From Armatimonadota bacterium (GTDB taxonomy: Bacteria; Armatimonadota; HRBIN16): DNA of 64,000 bases. The notes under the pieces are model-generated. The model ran no database searches. It saw only the letters and a list, made by a program, of their open reading frames with translations, and had not been told where the DNA came from. Where the stretch lies: NCBI GenBank assembly GCA_963677485.1, contig OY781964.1, positions 4,736,001-4,800,000 on the forward strand, written 5' to 3'. Positions 38,964 through 48,054 of the stretch are shown here, piece by piece (the first letter of the stretch is position 1; each line of letters starts with the position of its first letter). The position numbers and the translations under genes are program-made.

Positions 38964-40340
38964 TTACACGCCCTCCACAGGCTGCAGTAACCGCTTTAGA
39001 TAGTCGGTATTGACACTGCCTTCATGATATTCAGGGTCCTGCATGATCTTCCGAAGAAGAGGCAGGTTTGTTTTGACGCCATCGACACTTGTTTCTATCA
39101 AGGCGCGGTTCATACGATCGATCGCCTTTTGGCGCGTCGGCGCATGAACGATTAGTTTGGCCAGCAGAGAGTCATAGTAGGGGGGGAGTTCATAGCCTGA
39201 GTATATATGACTGTCTACCCTAATTCCGGGTCCCCCTGGGAACATCACCCTGCTGACTATGCCAGAAGTCGGCATCAATCCTTGTTCAGGATCTTCTGCC
39301 GTAATTCGGACTTCAATGTTGTGTCCCTTGAAGGTCACATCCTTTTGACTGATTGGCAGTTTTTCTCCAGAAGCCACCAGCAACTGCATTTGGACCAGAT
39401 CAGTGTCTGTGAGTGCCTCAGTGACGCAGTGTTCAACCTGCAAACGGGTGTTCATCTCCATGAAATAGAAGTGGCCCTCATGGTCATACAGAAACTCTAT
39501 TGTTCCTGCACCGCGGTACCCAACTTGTTTCGTCAACCGTATGGCGCATTCGGTCATTCTAGCTCGTATCTTGGGGTCGATGCTTATGGCAGGGGCCTCT
39601 TCAACCACTTTTTGTCGTCGAGGAGTCTGCACGGAGCAGTCGCGTTCTCCCAAGTGAATGACATTGCCGTGGGCATCAGCCATGACTTGAACTTCGATAT
39701 GCCGGGCATCTGTGACCAATTTCTCGATGTATATCTCGGCAGAGCCGAAACTCGCCGCCGCTTCCGTCTTGGCCAGGCGTAAATTCGTGGCGAACTCCTC
39801 AGAATCGCGCGCAAGGCGAATTCCCTTGCCTCCACCGCCAGCAACTGCCTTAAGCAGCACAGGATAGCCGATCTTACGGGCCTGCCGGAGCGCCTCCGAC
39901 TCGCTGGTCACCGGACCATTACTGCCAGGAATCACCGGCACCCGCGCTTTTTTGGCGAAGTTGCGCGCTTCCGCCTTATCACCCATATGGTTCATGGCAT
40001 CCGGCGGGGCTCCGATGAAGGTTAACCCGCTCACTTCACAGGCCTCTGCAAATGCCGCGTTTTCGCTGAGATAGCCGTAACCGGGATGAATCGCGTCTGC
40101 TTGCGTCTGCTTAGCCGCCATGATGACGTTGGGGACGTTCATGTAGCTGTCTTTACCTGGGGGCGGGCCTACACATATGGATTCGTCAGCCATTTGCACA
40201 TGTAGACTATCCTTATCGGCCACACTGTATACAGCAACGCTTTTAACCCCTAGTTCTCGACAAGCCCTGATGACTCTAACCGCAATTTCTCCACGATTTG
40301 CGATGAGTACCTTCTTGATGGGTCTGTATTCTATACTCAT
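38964..40340 (-). CDS. accC: Biotin carboxylase subunit of acetyl-CoA carboxylase
   Basis: ANRGEIA, HPGYG.LSEN, GGGGKG, EMNTRLQVEH, YYDSLLAK. Confidence 0.95.
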   Translation of the reverse strand: MSIEYRPIKKVLIANRGEIAVRVIRACRELGVKSVAVYSVADKDSLHVQMADESICVGPPPGKDSYMNVPNVIMAAKQTQADAIHPGYGYLSENAAFAEACEVSGLTFIGAPPDAMNHMGDKAEARNFAKKARVPVIPGSNGPVTSESEALRQARKIGYPVLLKAVAGGGGKGIRLARDSEEFATNLRLAKTEAAASFGSAEIYIEKLVTDARHIEVQVMADAHGNVIHLGERDCSVQTPRRQKVVEEAPAISIDPKIRARMTECAIRLTKQVGYRGAGTIEFLYDHEGHFYFMEMNTRLQVEHCVTEALTDTDLVQMQLLVASGEKLPISQKDVTFKGHNIEVRITAEDPEQGLMPTSGIVSRVMFPGGPGIRVDSHIYSGYELPPYYDSLLAKLIVHAPTRQKAIDRMNRALIETSVDGVKTNLPLLRKIMQDPEYHEGSVNTDYLKRLLQPVEGV

Positions 40341-40346
40341 GGTCTG

Positions 40347-40805
40347 CTAAATACCCATTTCGTCATCGGGGGATTCTACCTCGGAAAGCTCAAATAGAAC
40401 CGTGCCATACTGAGCAGGATCACCTTCAGATAGGTGTATGTTTGATATGATACCTGGTGCAGGGGAGCTGATCTCATTCAGAATGCTCATTGATTCGATG
40501 TTACCAAGAGGCTGCCCCTCCATCACAATCTGCCCAATCTGAACTGGTTTCGGCAGATTCCGGAAACTTCCAACTAGTTGTGCATTCACGGTGAGAGTCT
40601 TTTGTTCAATATGCATATCATGCATGTTCGCGTCATCGCCGCCGATGGTATGTGAAATCACTCTAGGGGTCTCATCACCGACGCCCACACCCCCTCGTAC
40701 TAGATGAAGCTGGCTGTCGCCACATTTGATGCTTACAGAAATAGCACCGCTTGAGGTCAGACGTTTTATAATCTGCTCAGTCAGGTTCAAGTCGATAGTA
40801 GACAT
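40347..40805 (-). CDS. accB: BCCP (AccB)-like protein lacking the biotin-acceptor lysine
   Basis: Biotinyl-domain pattern AQLVGSF...V.IGQ.V.EGQPLGNIESMSILNEI.SP..G...GDPAQYGTVLF; upstream of accC; the Lys position is AGC (Ser) at 40485-40487. Confidence 0.85.
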   Translation of the reverse strand: MSTIDLNLTEQIIKRLTSSGAISVSIKCGDSQLHLVRGGVGVGDETPRVISHTIGGDDANMHDMHIEQKTLTVNAQLVGSFRNLPKPVQIGQIVMEGQPLGNIESMSILNEISSPAPGIISNIHLSEGDPAQYGTVLFELSEVESPDDEMGI

Positions 40806-40818
40806 ATATACCTCAATC

Positions 40819-41889
40819 CTATATCTTCCACTCGAAGACGGCGGTCTCTAATAACTTCAGTGCCCACGAAAGTAAAATGATGAATATGACGATAGTCATA
40901 AAGGTGATAGCAAATTGCGATCCTGCCACCATGTCAGAGAGTGGGGTCAGTTTATGCCCAGATGGCGAAAAGGCGAGCCGAGAAATCATTACATCCGCTT
41001 GATACAGGCCACTCATTACCACATTATACATATCTGTATAGAATATGTACATACATGAGCCCATGGTCAGCAGCGTGACAGGTAATAAAACTTTGTATTT
41101 TTGGTGTTGGCGGTGGTTGTAGATGATGCAGTTTCGGCATCGCTCTCTTTTTACCTTGGGAGAAAGAATGCTGTCCGCTGGGATTCTGATCACGGCAAGC
41201 GGTGTATACCCAGCGCTGCGGTTCACTTCCATGGCATTGATAATGACACGCTCTTCACACATGCAGCCGACTTTATGGCGCCAACACGAGGCGCGATTGA
41301 TGTAGATTGGACATCGTTCACGAATGAAATCAACGCAATAGGGGAGTTGCCAGCATTTACCCAGCAGGATGTCTTTCCGGACTTGTTCGGCCTTTTCACC
41401 AAGCTTGTGTTTGGTTTGGTGGCGTGACTGCACTTTATGCGCGCTGATATACGTCGACAGATTTCGAAGAACAAGAGCGATCCCTGAGACCATAAAAGCA
41501 TACGAACCATTTTGCAGTGCTGTAAACATAGCTAACAGCCCAGCTGGCCGCCCATGAGGCCATACAGCACCCTGTGAGGCCCACCAGTCAAAACCGGCGG
41601 GTATGCCCAAATACATCACAACAAAGACAAATATGAGGGTGAACCCGATCTCGGCACGCATCCAGTTGATATAACCAATGCTTATAGCCGCTGCGATACT
41701 GGCGTAGAGCATAAACTGCCCCGCCATTTGTATGTTAGCGGTAAAGCGAAGCTGGTCGGCTGTGTGGAGGCTTGACCATGATGAAATGACACCACTTGCG
41801 ATGCCCCACACAAAATACGCCGCGCATAACGCTACAAGCGCAGACGCGGCGTATGAAACTGGTCCAAAAATCCTCTCGAGTGTCTTCAT
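40819..41889 (-). CDS. Polytopic membrane protein with 8-Cys two-CW-type soluble domain
   Basis: About 4 TM, then CWQLPYC...CP...CW..K.GCMC...CRNC (C179,185,193,202,209,211,251,254), then 2 TM. Confidence 0.75.
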   Translation of the reverse strand: MKTLERIFGPVSYAASALVALCAAYFVWGIASGVISSWSSLHTADQLRFTANIQMAGQFMLYASIAAAISIGYINWMRAEIGFTLIFVFVVMYLGIPAGFDWWASQGAVWPHGRPAGLLAMFTALQNGSYAFMVSGIALVLRNLSTYISAHKVQSRHQTKHKLGEKAEQVRKDILLGKCWQLPYCVDFIRERCPIYINRASCWRHKVGCMCEERVIINAMEVNRSAGYTPLAVIRIPADSILSPKVKRERCRNCIIYNHRQHQKYKVLLPVTLLTMGSCMYIFYTDMYNVVMSGLYQADVMISRLAFSPSGHKLTPLSDMVAGSQFAITFMTIVIFIILLSWALKLLETAVFEWKI

Positions 41890-41910
41890 GAGGTGACCCG
41901 ATTTCCTATG

Positions 41911-42480
41911 TTACTCAGTTGAACGACTTACGCGCTCCAGGTAGTCATCTGTTCGAGTATCTACCTTAACCACGTCGCCGATATTAATGTGGAAGGGTAC
42001 ACGGATGACAGCACCAGTTTCCAGCGTTGCCGGCTTTGATCCACCGGAAGCGGTGTCGCCTTTTACCCCAGGATCGGTCTCCTGAATCTCAAGCTGAACA
42101 AAGTTGGGGAATTCAACACCCACGACTTCACTATTATATAGAGCGATAAACAGCTCCATGTTTTCTTTCAGGTACTTTATCTGATCGCCGATCTGTGTTT
42201 TAGACATCATGATCATGTCTGTTGTTTCAATATCCATGAAGTAGTAATCTTCATCTTGGTTATATAGATACTGCATGGGTTTGGTCTCGACAAAAGCCTG
42301 TTCCATACGCTCACCTGCGCGGAATGTTTTATCAATGACCGCACCTGTGCGGATATTTCGTAGTTTAGAGCGCACGAATGCGCCACCTTTGCCAGGTTTT
42401 ACATGCTGGAATTCAATGATCGTGAATAAATCATTGTCTTGTAATATGTGAAGGCCATTCTTGAAGTCACTGGTATCCAA
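41911..42480 (-). CDS. efp: Elongation factor P
   Basis: HVKPGKGGAFVR, PGVKGDTA, KPATLETG, VDTR; TTG start after GGAGG. Confidence 0.96.
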   Translation of the reverse strand: MDTSDFKNGLHILQDNDLFTIIEFQHVKPGKGGAFVRSKLRNIRTGAVIDKTFRAGERMEQAFVETKPMQYLYNQDEDYYFMDIETTDMIMMSKTQIGDQIKYLKENMELFIALYNSEVVGVEFPNFVQLEIQETDPGVKGDTASGGSKPATLETGAVIRVPFHINIGDVVKVDTRTDDYLERVSRSTE

Positions 42481-42593
42481 AACGGGTGTTTCCTCCCTTA
42501 GTGGTTGGCGAATACGAGGTGTATAGCACTTCATTGTACCAGATTGGGCATAGGCCGTCCAAACTTGCTGTGATACACGAGATGGGGGAGCAT

Positions 42594-42634
42594 GTAAAAA
42601 GCAACAAACTCATCTTTTACGATGAGTTTGTTGC
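42594..42634 (-). terminator. Rho-independent terminator after tRNA-Ala
   Basis: GCAACAAACTCATC / GATGAGTTTGTTGC 14-bp stem followed by T tract on minus strand. Confidence 0.85.
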
Positions 42635-42646
42635 GTAAACGAAAAG

Positions 42647-42722
42647 TGGTGGAGCTGTGGAGGATCGAACTCCAGACCTCTTCAATGCCATTGAAGCGCT
42701 CTCCCAGCTGAGCTACAGCCCC
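42647..42722 (-). tRNA. tRNA-Ala(GGC)
   Basis: GGGGCTGTAGCTCAGCTGGGAGAGCGCTTCAATGGCATTGAAGAGGTCTGGAGTTCGATCCTCCACAGCTCCACCA; G3-U70 pair. Confidence 0.96.
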
Positions 42723-42733
42723 TTGCCTGAAAT

Positions 42734-42761
42734 ATTATATCATGTAATATCGTGTTGTCAA
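42734..42761 (-). promoter_or_regulatory. Sigma70 promoter of tRNA-Ala
   Basis: TTGACA-16 bp-TATAAT with TGn extension. Confidence 0.85.
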
Positions 42762-42940
42762 GCGGCCTAAAATAGAGCAGATATCGACATAAGAACTGAA
42801 CGTTACCGCGTGTCGTCAAAAGATAATGGGTGCCATTATAATTGCTGCTAAGCGGCTTTTTGACAGCTTGTTTCACGCTGTGGTACCATCAACACAGAGG
42901 CGTACCAATTAGGTCGTCATATGGAGGCAATAAGCAAACC

Positions 42941-43348
42941 ATGGATCGTAAGTTTCGCATACTCGCCGTAGATGATGAACAGCACATACGAAGGCTCATT
43001 CAGGTAAGCTTAGAGCGACAAGGCTTTGAAGTGCTTACCGCTGTGGATGGCAAAGATGCGCTGGATAAGGTGGCTAACGATAAACCCGATCTGGTTGTTC
43101 TCGATGTGATGATGCCGCAAATTGATGGCTTTGAAGTGTTGAAGTCGTTGAGGAAAAACAAGGAAACACGAGAATTACCTGTTATAATGTTAACAGCAAA
43201 AACACAGGACTCCGATGTGTTCACAGGATGGCAGCACGGTGCAGACCTATATCTCACCAAACCCTTCAATCCAACTGAACTCGTCGCGTTTGTGAAGCGT
43301 ATATTCAACAGCAAGGACACCGACATCAACCGTCGCTATGATCTATGA
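42941..43348 (+). CDS. Single-domain response regulator (receiver only)
   Basis: AVDDE, LDVMMP..DG, MLTA, TKPF; no output domain. Confidence 0.93.
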   Translation: MDRKFRILAVDDEQHIRRLIQVSLERQGFEVLTAVDGKDALDKVANDKPDLVVLDVMMPQIDGFEVLKSLRKNKETRELPVIMLTAKTQDSDVFTGWQHGADLYLTKPFNPTELVAFVKRIFNSKDTDINRRYDL

Positions 43349-43373
43349 TAATCATGACAGAAAAGGTGACAAC

Positions 43374-43565
43374 ATGGTAAAACGTGGGTATATCTGGTTG
43401 GGCATCGCTGTGGCTGCAGCTTTAACAGCCGGTACTGTCGCAAGCGCAGCATGGCTGCGACGCAAACGCCGCAGCGAAGAGGACATTGAATGCCTTCTTC
43501 AGCGTTCGTCCGATTTAATTAACAAAATCAAACAGGACATTTCATCGCGACAGCCAGTATCATAA
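43374..43565 (+). CDS. Small membrane-anchored hypothetical protein
   Basis: AAGGTG RBS, one TM helix followed by RRKRR and an amphipathic helix. Confidence 0.6.
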   Translation: MVKRGYIWLGIAVAAALTAGTVASAAWLRRKRRSEEDIECLLQRSSDLINKIKQDISSRQPVS

Positions 43566-43580
43566 ATCTTCTGCCAAAAA

Positions 43581-43620
43581 ATATAACCGGGGGAGCCACT
43601 CAAACCTCCCCCGGTTATAT
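43581..43620. terminator. Hairpin between convergent genes
   Basis: ATATAACCGGGGGAG...CTCCCCCGGTTATAT near-perfect stem. Confidence 0.75.
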
Positions 43621-43657
43621 ATATGCATTATCAATGTCTGATAATATATATTATGTT

Positions 43658-44440
43658 CTATTTAGGTGCAGATCCGTCATCTACGCTTCGGATACGGTTC
43701 TCAAGAGCCTCTAGTTCAGAGTCCACCCCTGTTGTGCCGGTCCCTCCAGATGCCGCTCCAGCCTGCACCGTTTGAGAACCTGGGTTCACCTTCTGCTCCA
43801 ACTGCTGCAGTTCCAGCTCCGCGCTTTGCCGTGCTGTCACATCATCCAGCTTATTCAACTTCGTCACCACGCTGTCTGTGGCCAATTCCGTTGTGGCTGC
43901 GGCTTGTGCCTGCGCTTTGTCTATCATTTCCGTCGCGCGGCTGACATCCTGGCTGGCATCGCTGATCCTGAGGTCACCCAGTGTCTCACTGAGCTGCTGT
44001 TGTATCTGAGCACTTTTCCAACGGGTCTTCTGAGCAAGGATTTCGGCTGTGCGCTGCCTGATCTGCCGTTCCTCAGAAGCGATGGCTTCCTTGGCTTGCT
44101 GAACCATGCTGTTAGCCGAATCCAACGATTGCTGCAGAGTGGCCAGCGATGTCGATAGCAGCTGTTTTTCGACCAGCATCTGCCGGGCCAGTTCGCGTTC
44201 GCCAACCCGTACCGCTTGTTCAGCGCGTCGATCATACTCAGCGATCTGCTTATTCGTCTTGTCTAGTTCCATTTGCAAACGATTGCGTTCCGTAATAGCC
44301 GCAATGACTCGCTGCTTGTTCCTATTGAGGTTATCTTGCATGTCTTGTTTGGCCTGTTCCAGCAAGATTTCCGGGTCTTCGACTTTCCCTAGCAGTGAGC
44401 CGAACATGGCCCTAATGTACCGAAAGAACCGTTTAAGCAT
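43658..44440 (-). CDS. PspA/IM30 (Vipp1) family protein
   Basis: MLKRFFRYIRA amphipathic helix 0, EDPEILLEQA, RELARQML coiled coil; extended C-terminal tail. Confidence 0.9.
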   Translation of the reverse strand: MLKRFFRYIRAMFGSLLGKVEDPEILLEQAKQDMQDNLNRNKQRVIAAITERNRLQMELDKTNKQIAEYDRRAEQAVRVGERELARQMLVEKQLLSTSLATLQQSLDSANSMVQQAKEAIASEERQIRQRTAEILAQKTRWKSAQIQQQLSETLGDLRISDASQDVSRATEMIDKAQAQAAATTELATDSVVTKLNKLDDVTARQSAELELQQLEQKVNPGSQTVQAGAASGGTGTTGVDSELEALENRIRSVDDGSAPK

Positions 44441-44481
44441 GGTAGATATACTCCTGAATTTCGTTGTGGTTCGGTATCCGG

Positions 44482-45183
44482 TTACCGAGTCAAAAATATG
44501 ATACCCATAACGATCGCGGCTGTTAAGGCCCCAATCAAAACCTCTTGGGTGGTATGTATCTTACCCTCAACACGGCTTTGCATTACTAAGGCACAAAGAC
44601 AAAGTGCCAGAATTGAAGCCATCAGGTTTCCTGAAAATAGCGTGATGCACAACGCCAGAAACATAGCTACGGCACTGTGACCACTGATCACCCCACCCTG
44701 TAAAATGGTGCCCTTTTGCCCATATACTTTACCGATCGTGACGATAAGCAGCATCACAACTATTCCAACGGTAATGCTGATAATCGGATCCACTGACCTG
44801 TTGTGGATGTTTAACCGCAACTGGTCGATGTGCTTATCGGTAAAGAATATCAAAAATCCCACTACCAACGCGTTGACGGCAGTCACCAATACCGCACCTG
44901 CGGCGATATCTTTGGCCGTTTTGGCCAACGGATGGTATGTCTCGGTCACCAGATCGACCACAGCTTCTACTGCCGTGTTGATCATCTCCGCTACGAGTAC
45001 TAAGCTTACTGTAAAAAGCAGGATGACCATCTCGGACTTCGATAGCTTGGTCACTAAGCCAATCCACAGCACAAGAACCACTAAAAAGAAGTGGATCTGC
45101 ATGTGGCGTTGTGTTCTGAATGTATATATGATCCCATCCACAGCGTGCTTGAAGCTGTCGGCGGGGTTTTTCCCAATTCTCAT
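44482..45183 (-). CDS. dgkA: Diacylglycerol/undecaprenol kinase (DgkA) fused to PAP2-like domain
   Basis: SFKHA..G, EMINTAVE..VD, AKDIAAGAV; C-terminal SGHS, QSRVEGKIH. Confidence 0.9.
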   Translation of the reverse strand: MRIGKNPADSFKHAVDGIIYTFRTQRHMQIHFFLVVLVLWIGLVTKLSKSEMVILLFTVSLVLVAEMINTAVEAVVDLVTETYHPLAKTAKDIAAGAVLVTAVNALVVGFLIFFTDKHIDQLRLNIHNRSVDPIISITVGIVVMLLIVTIGKVYGQKGTILQGGVISGHSAVAMFLALCITLFSGNLMASILALCLCALVMQSRVEGKIHTTQEVLIGALTAAIVMGIIFLTR

Positions 45184-45650
45184 CTAGCTGTTTGTTCTTC
45201 CTGTTTTGTTGCTTCCAGAATCGCCGATCCTATGCGCATCATCTCCAATAATTCAACCTCTGTATCATCATTGTATCCCAGCAGATGCAAAACGCCATGT
45301 ACAGCCAGAAATACCACCTCTTTATCCACACTGTGACCTGCTGTTAAGGCTTGTTTTTTTGCAGTTTGCCAACTGATATAGACTTCACCTAACTGATTAC
45401 TGATGGCCGAGAATGGAGATGATGGAAATTCCGGATCGTTGCTGTCAACCAAGTTAAAACTTAACACATCGGTAGCGCGGTCTATGCCACGATATTGAAA
45501 ATTTAGTTCATGTAGCTCATCATCATTTGTGATGACGATATTGACATCATCATCTATATGGCCATATTTGCTAAGGGTATAAGTGCAGGCTCTAGAGAGC
45601 CAGCATCTCGGGATTGGTCTTCTCTTCGGATTGCCGATCGTGACTGCCAT
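45180..45650 (-). CDS. ybeY: rRNA maturation endoribonuclease YbeY
   Basis: LNFQYRG.D..TDVLSF, LGEVYIS, HGVLHLLGYND. Confidence 0.92.
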   Translation of the reverse strand: MAVTIGNPKRRPIPRCWLSRACTYTLSKYGHIDDDVNIVITNDDELHELNFQYRGIDRATDVLSFNLVDSNDPEFPSSPFSAISNQLGEVYISWQTAKKQALTAGHSVDKEVVFLAVHGVLHLLGYNDDTEVELLEMMRIGSAILEATKQEEQTAR

Positions 45651-47757
45651 TCGTATCTCCATTGTCTGAGGGATATTCAATACGAGCGTGGTATATGCTG
45701 CACACAATATGTGTAAAGCATTTGGATATCATGCTGATATCGGCAAAAGTGAGCTGACAATGGTCTAGCTGACCATCATCAATTTTGTTTTCGATGATTC
45801 TCTTGACAAGATTTTCAACGCTGGCAGGGGTAGGCTTGGTCAGGCACCGGCTTGCAGCCTCTACACTGTCAGCCAGCATGACCAAAGCGGCCTCTTTGCT
45901 GCGTGGTCGAGGCCCCCCGTATCTGAACTGCTGCTCGAGGTTGTTGTCCTGGCAATTCCCATTGGTGAGAGCCTGCTTATAGAAGAACGAAATTAGTGAT
46001 GTGCCATGGTGTTGGCGGATGATATCAATAACTACATGGGGCAGTTTACTTAACTCAGCCAGATTCGCACCTTCAGTCACGTGGCTGCCGATGATCAAGG
46101 CTGAAAGGCTCGGGGTCAATCGTTCATGGACATTTTCTAGTCGCTGGTTCTCAACGTAAAATTCAGGACGCTTCACTTTACCGATGTCGTGGTAGTACGC
46201 CCCCACCCTCGCTAGTAATGGGTTAGCCCCTATCTCCTTGGCAGCCGCGGCGGCAAGGTTGGCTATGGCAACACTATGGGCATACGTACCGGGTGCTTCC
46301 AGCATCAACCTTTTGAGCAGAGGTGTTTCCGGATTGCACAACTCGATCAGTCGCAGCGGTGTGACTACTCGGAAAGGCCTTTCCAATACAGTGACAAATA
46401 ACGAGAATGCCATCACTGCGAATACGGCCATTGTGAATCCCCAGATAAGGTCCACAACAGTGTAATCGAAAATACCATTTGCAGAGACACTTGTGATGAC
46501 CGACAAGATAATTCCAGAAGCTGCAATCCACAAGGTGGCACGCACCAGATCAAACCTGTCATGCAGGTTCCTCACACTATAGATTCCTACCAGGGCACTC
46601 ACCAGGCTAATGGCTGTAAATCGCAGGTCACCATGCGCCAGGAAGGCTGATTGCACGCTCATAATCCCAACAAGCAAGGTTGCGAGGTGTGGAGAAACGA
46701 GCACAGCGATTAACATACCAGCCAGGCATGTGCTCATCACGACCAGGTAGCCATACGAATTCCCTGCAATTTGATAGCCAATCAGGTTGCTTCCGAGTTT
46801 GATTCCAAGTGTGCTGATAAAGATGATGATGACGATCAACCATAGCTGCTTTGTGTCGGTATAGATGTGTGGGTGGTATTGAGCCAGGTGGAATGCCGTA
46901 ATGGCGATAAAAACAGTGATCAGTAGCACGATGGCTACCCATTGTAACACGTTGGTTTTTGGATACTGAAGACCAAGCGCCTGCAGTTGATCGGTCTGCT
47001 CCTTGGTAACCCCCTGTCCGGGCTTTATAAGCACTTGTCCTGCGACCAGCGACCGAAATACCGGACTGACACCTTGTGCGATGCGCTTCTTAGCATCATC
47101 GGTTGCCTTAACATCAATACGGATATTGGACTTCAAGCACGATTTGATGATATAGGGGGCAAGGCGAAGCTCATTTTTGTTCAGTCTGGCCAAACGGTTG
47201 TTTTGCAGAGTTTTGATGATTGTCGTGACAGGAACACTGTCGACGTCATCAATTGGCAGCCGCATCTGAGCGGTCAAGCTACTGCGCATTATGGGTACGT
47301 AAATCCCCCACCTGATACTGCTGCCTGATACGAGCTGCTTGAGCACATCCGATTTCATGCCAAAATTGGTGGCAATAGGTTCTATTTCGCGATTCTCGGG
47401 GGACTGCAACTCTTTCACCAGGCCATCAAACTCAGCCAGTGAATCTTCCATTGCTTCGGGGATAAACTGTGTGATCGGATCCACAGATGCCATCATGGCG
47501 CGTCGGCTTGCTTCGGTGGCTGCCACATCAAGATAAGTCACGCTTCTAGGGGCCCGTACTTCCCTATTGCTAACGTCACCGATTTGAAGGGGAACGGCTT
47601 CCGGCACGAGGTTCCAGAGGAATAATGATGAAAGTGCGGTTATAGAGATGAACGCAATGGTTAACCTGTGCCAATCGGCAGAGATATGAGTGAAAGGCAG
47701 CAACCAGCCTAAGCGGGTTGCTGCTTTATGCGGGGATCGGGTCTTCTTTCGTGTCAT
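45592..47757 (-). CDS. 7TM-HD phosphohydrolase (PgpH-like cyclic-di-AMP phosphodiesterase)
   Basis: Extracytoplasmic domain, 7TM, EAPGTYAHS, YHDIGK, FYVENQ, QHHGT, LADSVEAA; upstream of ybeY-dgkA. Confidence 0.9.
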   Translation of the reverse strand: MTRKKTRSPHKAATRLGWLLPFTHISADWHRLTIAFISITALSSLFLWNLVPEAVPLQIGDVSNREVRAPRSVTYLDVAATEASRRAMMASVDPITQFIPEAMEDSLAEFDGLVKELQSPENREIEPIATNFGMKSDVLKQLVSGSSIRWGIYVPIMRSSLTAQMRLPIDDVDSVPVTTIIKTLQNNRLARLNKNELRLAPYIIKSCLKSNIRIDVKATDDAKKRIAQGVSPVFRSLVAGQVLIKPGQGVTKEQTDQLQALGLQYPKTNVLQWVAIVLLITVFIAITAFHLAQYHPHIYTDTKQLWLIVIIIFISTLGIKLGSNLIGYQIAGNSYGYLVVMSTCLAGMLIAVLVSPHLATLLVGIMSVQSAFLAHGDLRFTAISLVSALVGIYSVRNLHDRFDLVRATLWIAASGIILSVITSVSANGIFDYTVVDLIWGFTMAVFAVMAFSLFVTVLERPFRVVTPLRLIELCNPETPLLKRLMLEAPGTYAHSVAIANLAAAAAKEIGANPLLARVGAYYHDIGKVKRPEFYVENQRLENVHERLTPSLSALIIGSHVTEGANLAELSKLPHVVIDIIRQHHGTSLISFFYKQALTNGNCQDNNLEQQFRYGGPRPRSKEAALVMLADSVEAASRCLTKPTPASVENLVKRIIENKIDDGQLDHCQLTFADISMISKCFTHIVCSIYHARIEYPSDNGDTNGSHDRQSEEKTNPEMLAL

Positions 47758-47814
47758 GCTTTAACCGGAGTTAACCACGGGTCCAGCGTATCGAAAGATC
47801 CCATGACGGAGAAC

Positions 47815-47988
47815 TTATCGTGTGCGCTGCTTGCGCCTGCGAGCAGCCTCTGCCTTGCGACGTTTGTCGCTAGGCTTCATATAGTGCTCGTGCTCCCTCG
47901 CTTCTTTCAGAACTCCAGATTGTTGAAGCTCCTTCTTGAAGCGCTTCAGAGCGCTATCGATCGATTCGTTCTCCATTACCTTGACCAT
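47815..47988 (-). CDS. rpsU: 30S ribosomal protein S21
   Basis: [23 protein letters not shown]. Confidence 0.95.
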   Translation of the reverse strand: MVKVMENESIDSALKRFKKELQQSGVLKEAREHEHYMKPSDKRRKAEAARRRKQRTR

Positions 47989-48054
47989 AAAATGATCGCC
48001 TCCCTTAGAGTGTCGCATGTCAGTGTACCAAAGCTACACTGCGAAATGCAAAAG

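Noticed and set aside
42647-42722. tRNA-Ala (and the tRNA operon) as integration sites for an island or prophage
   Set aside because: No integrase, no duplicated tRNA 3' end, and flanking genes are chromosomal housekeeping
45265-45300. YbeY zinc motif ending GYND instead of GYDH
   Set aside because: Asp as the third ligand is a variant I recall in several bacterial lineages; not treated as novel
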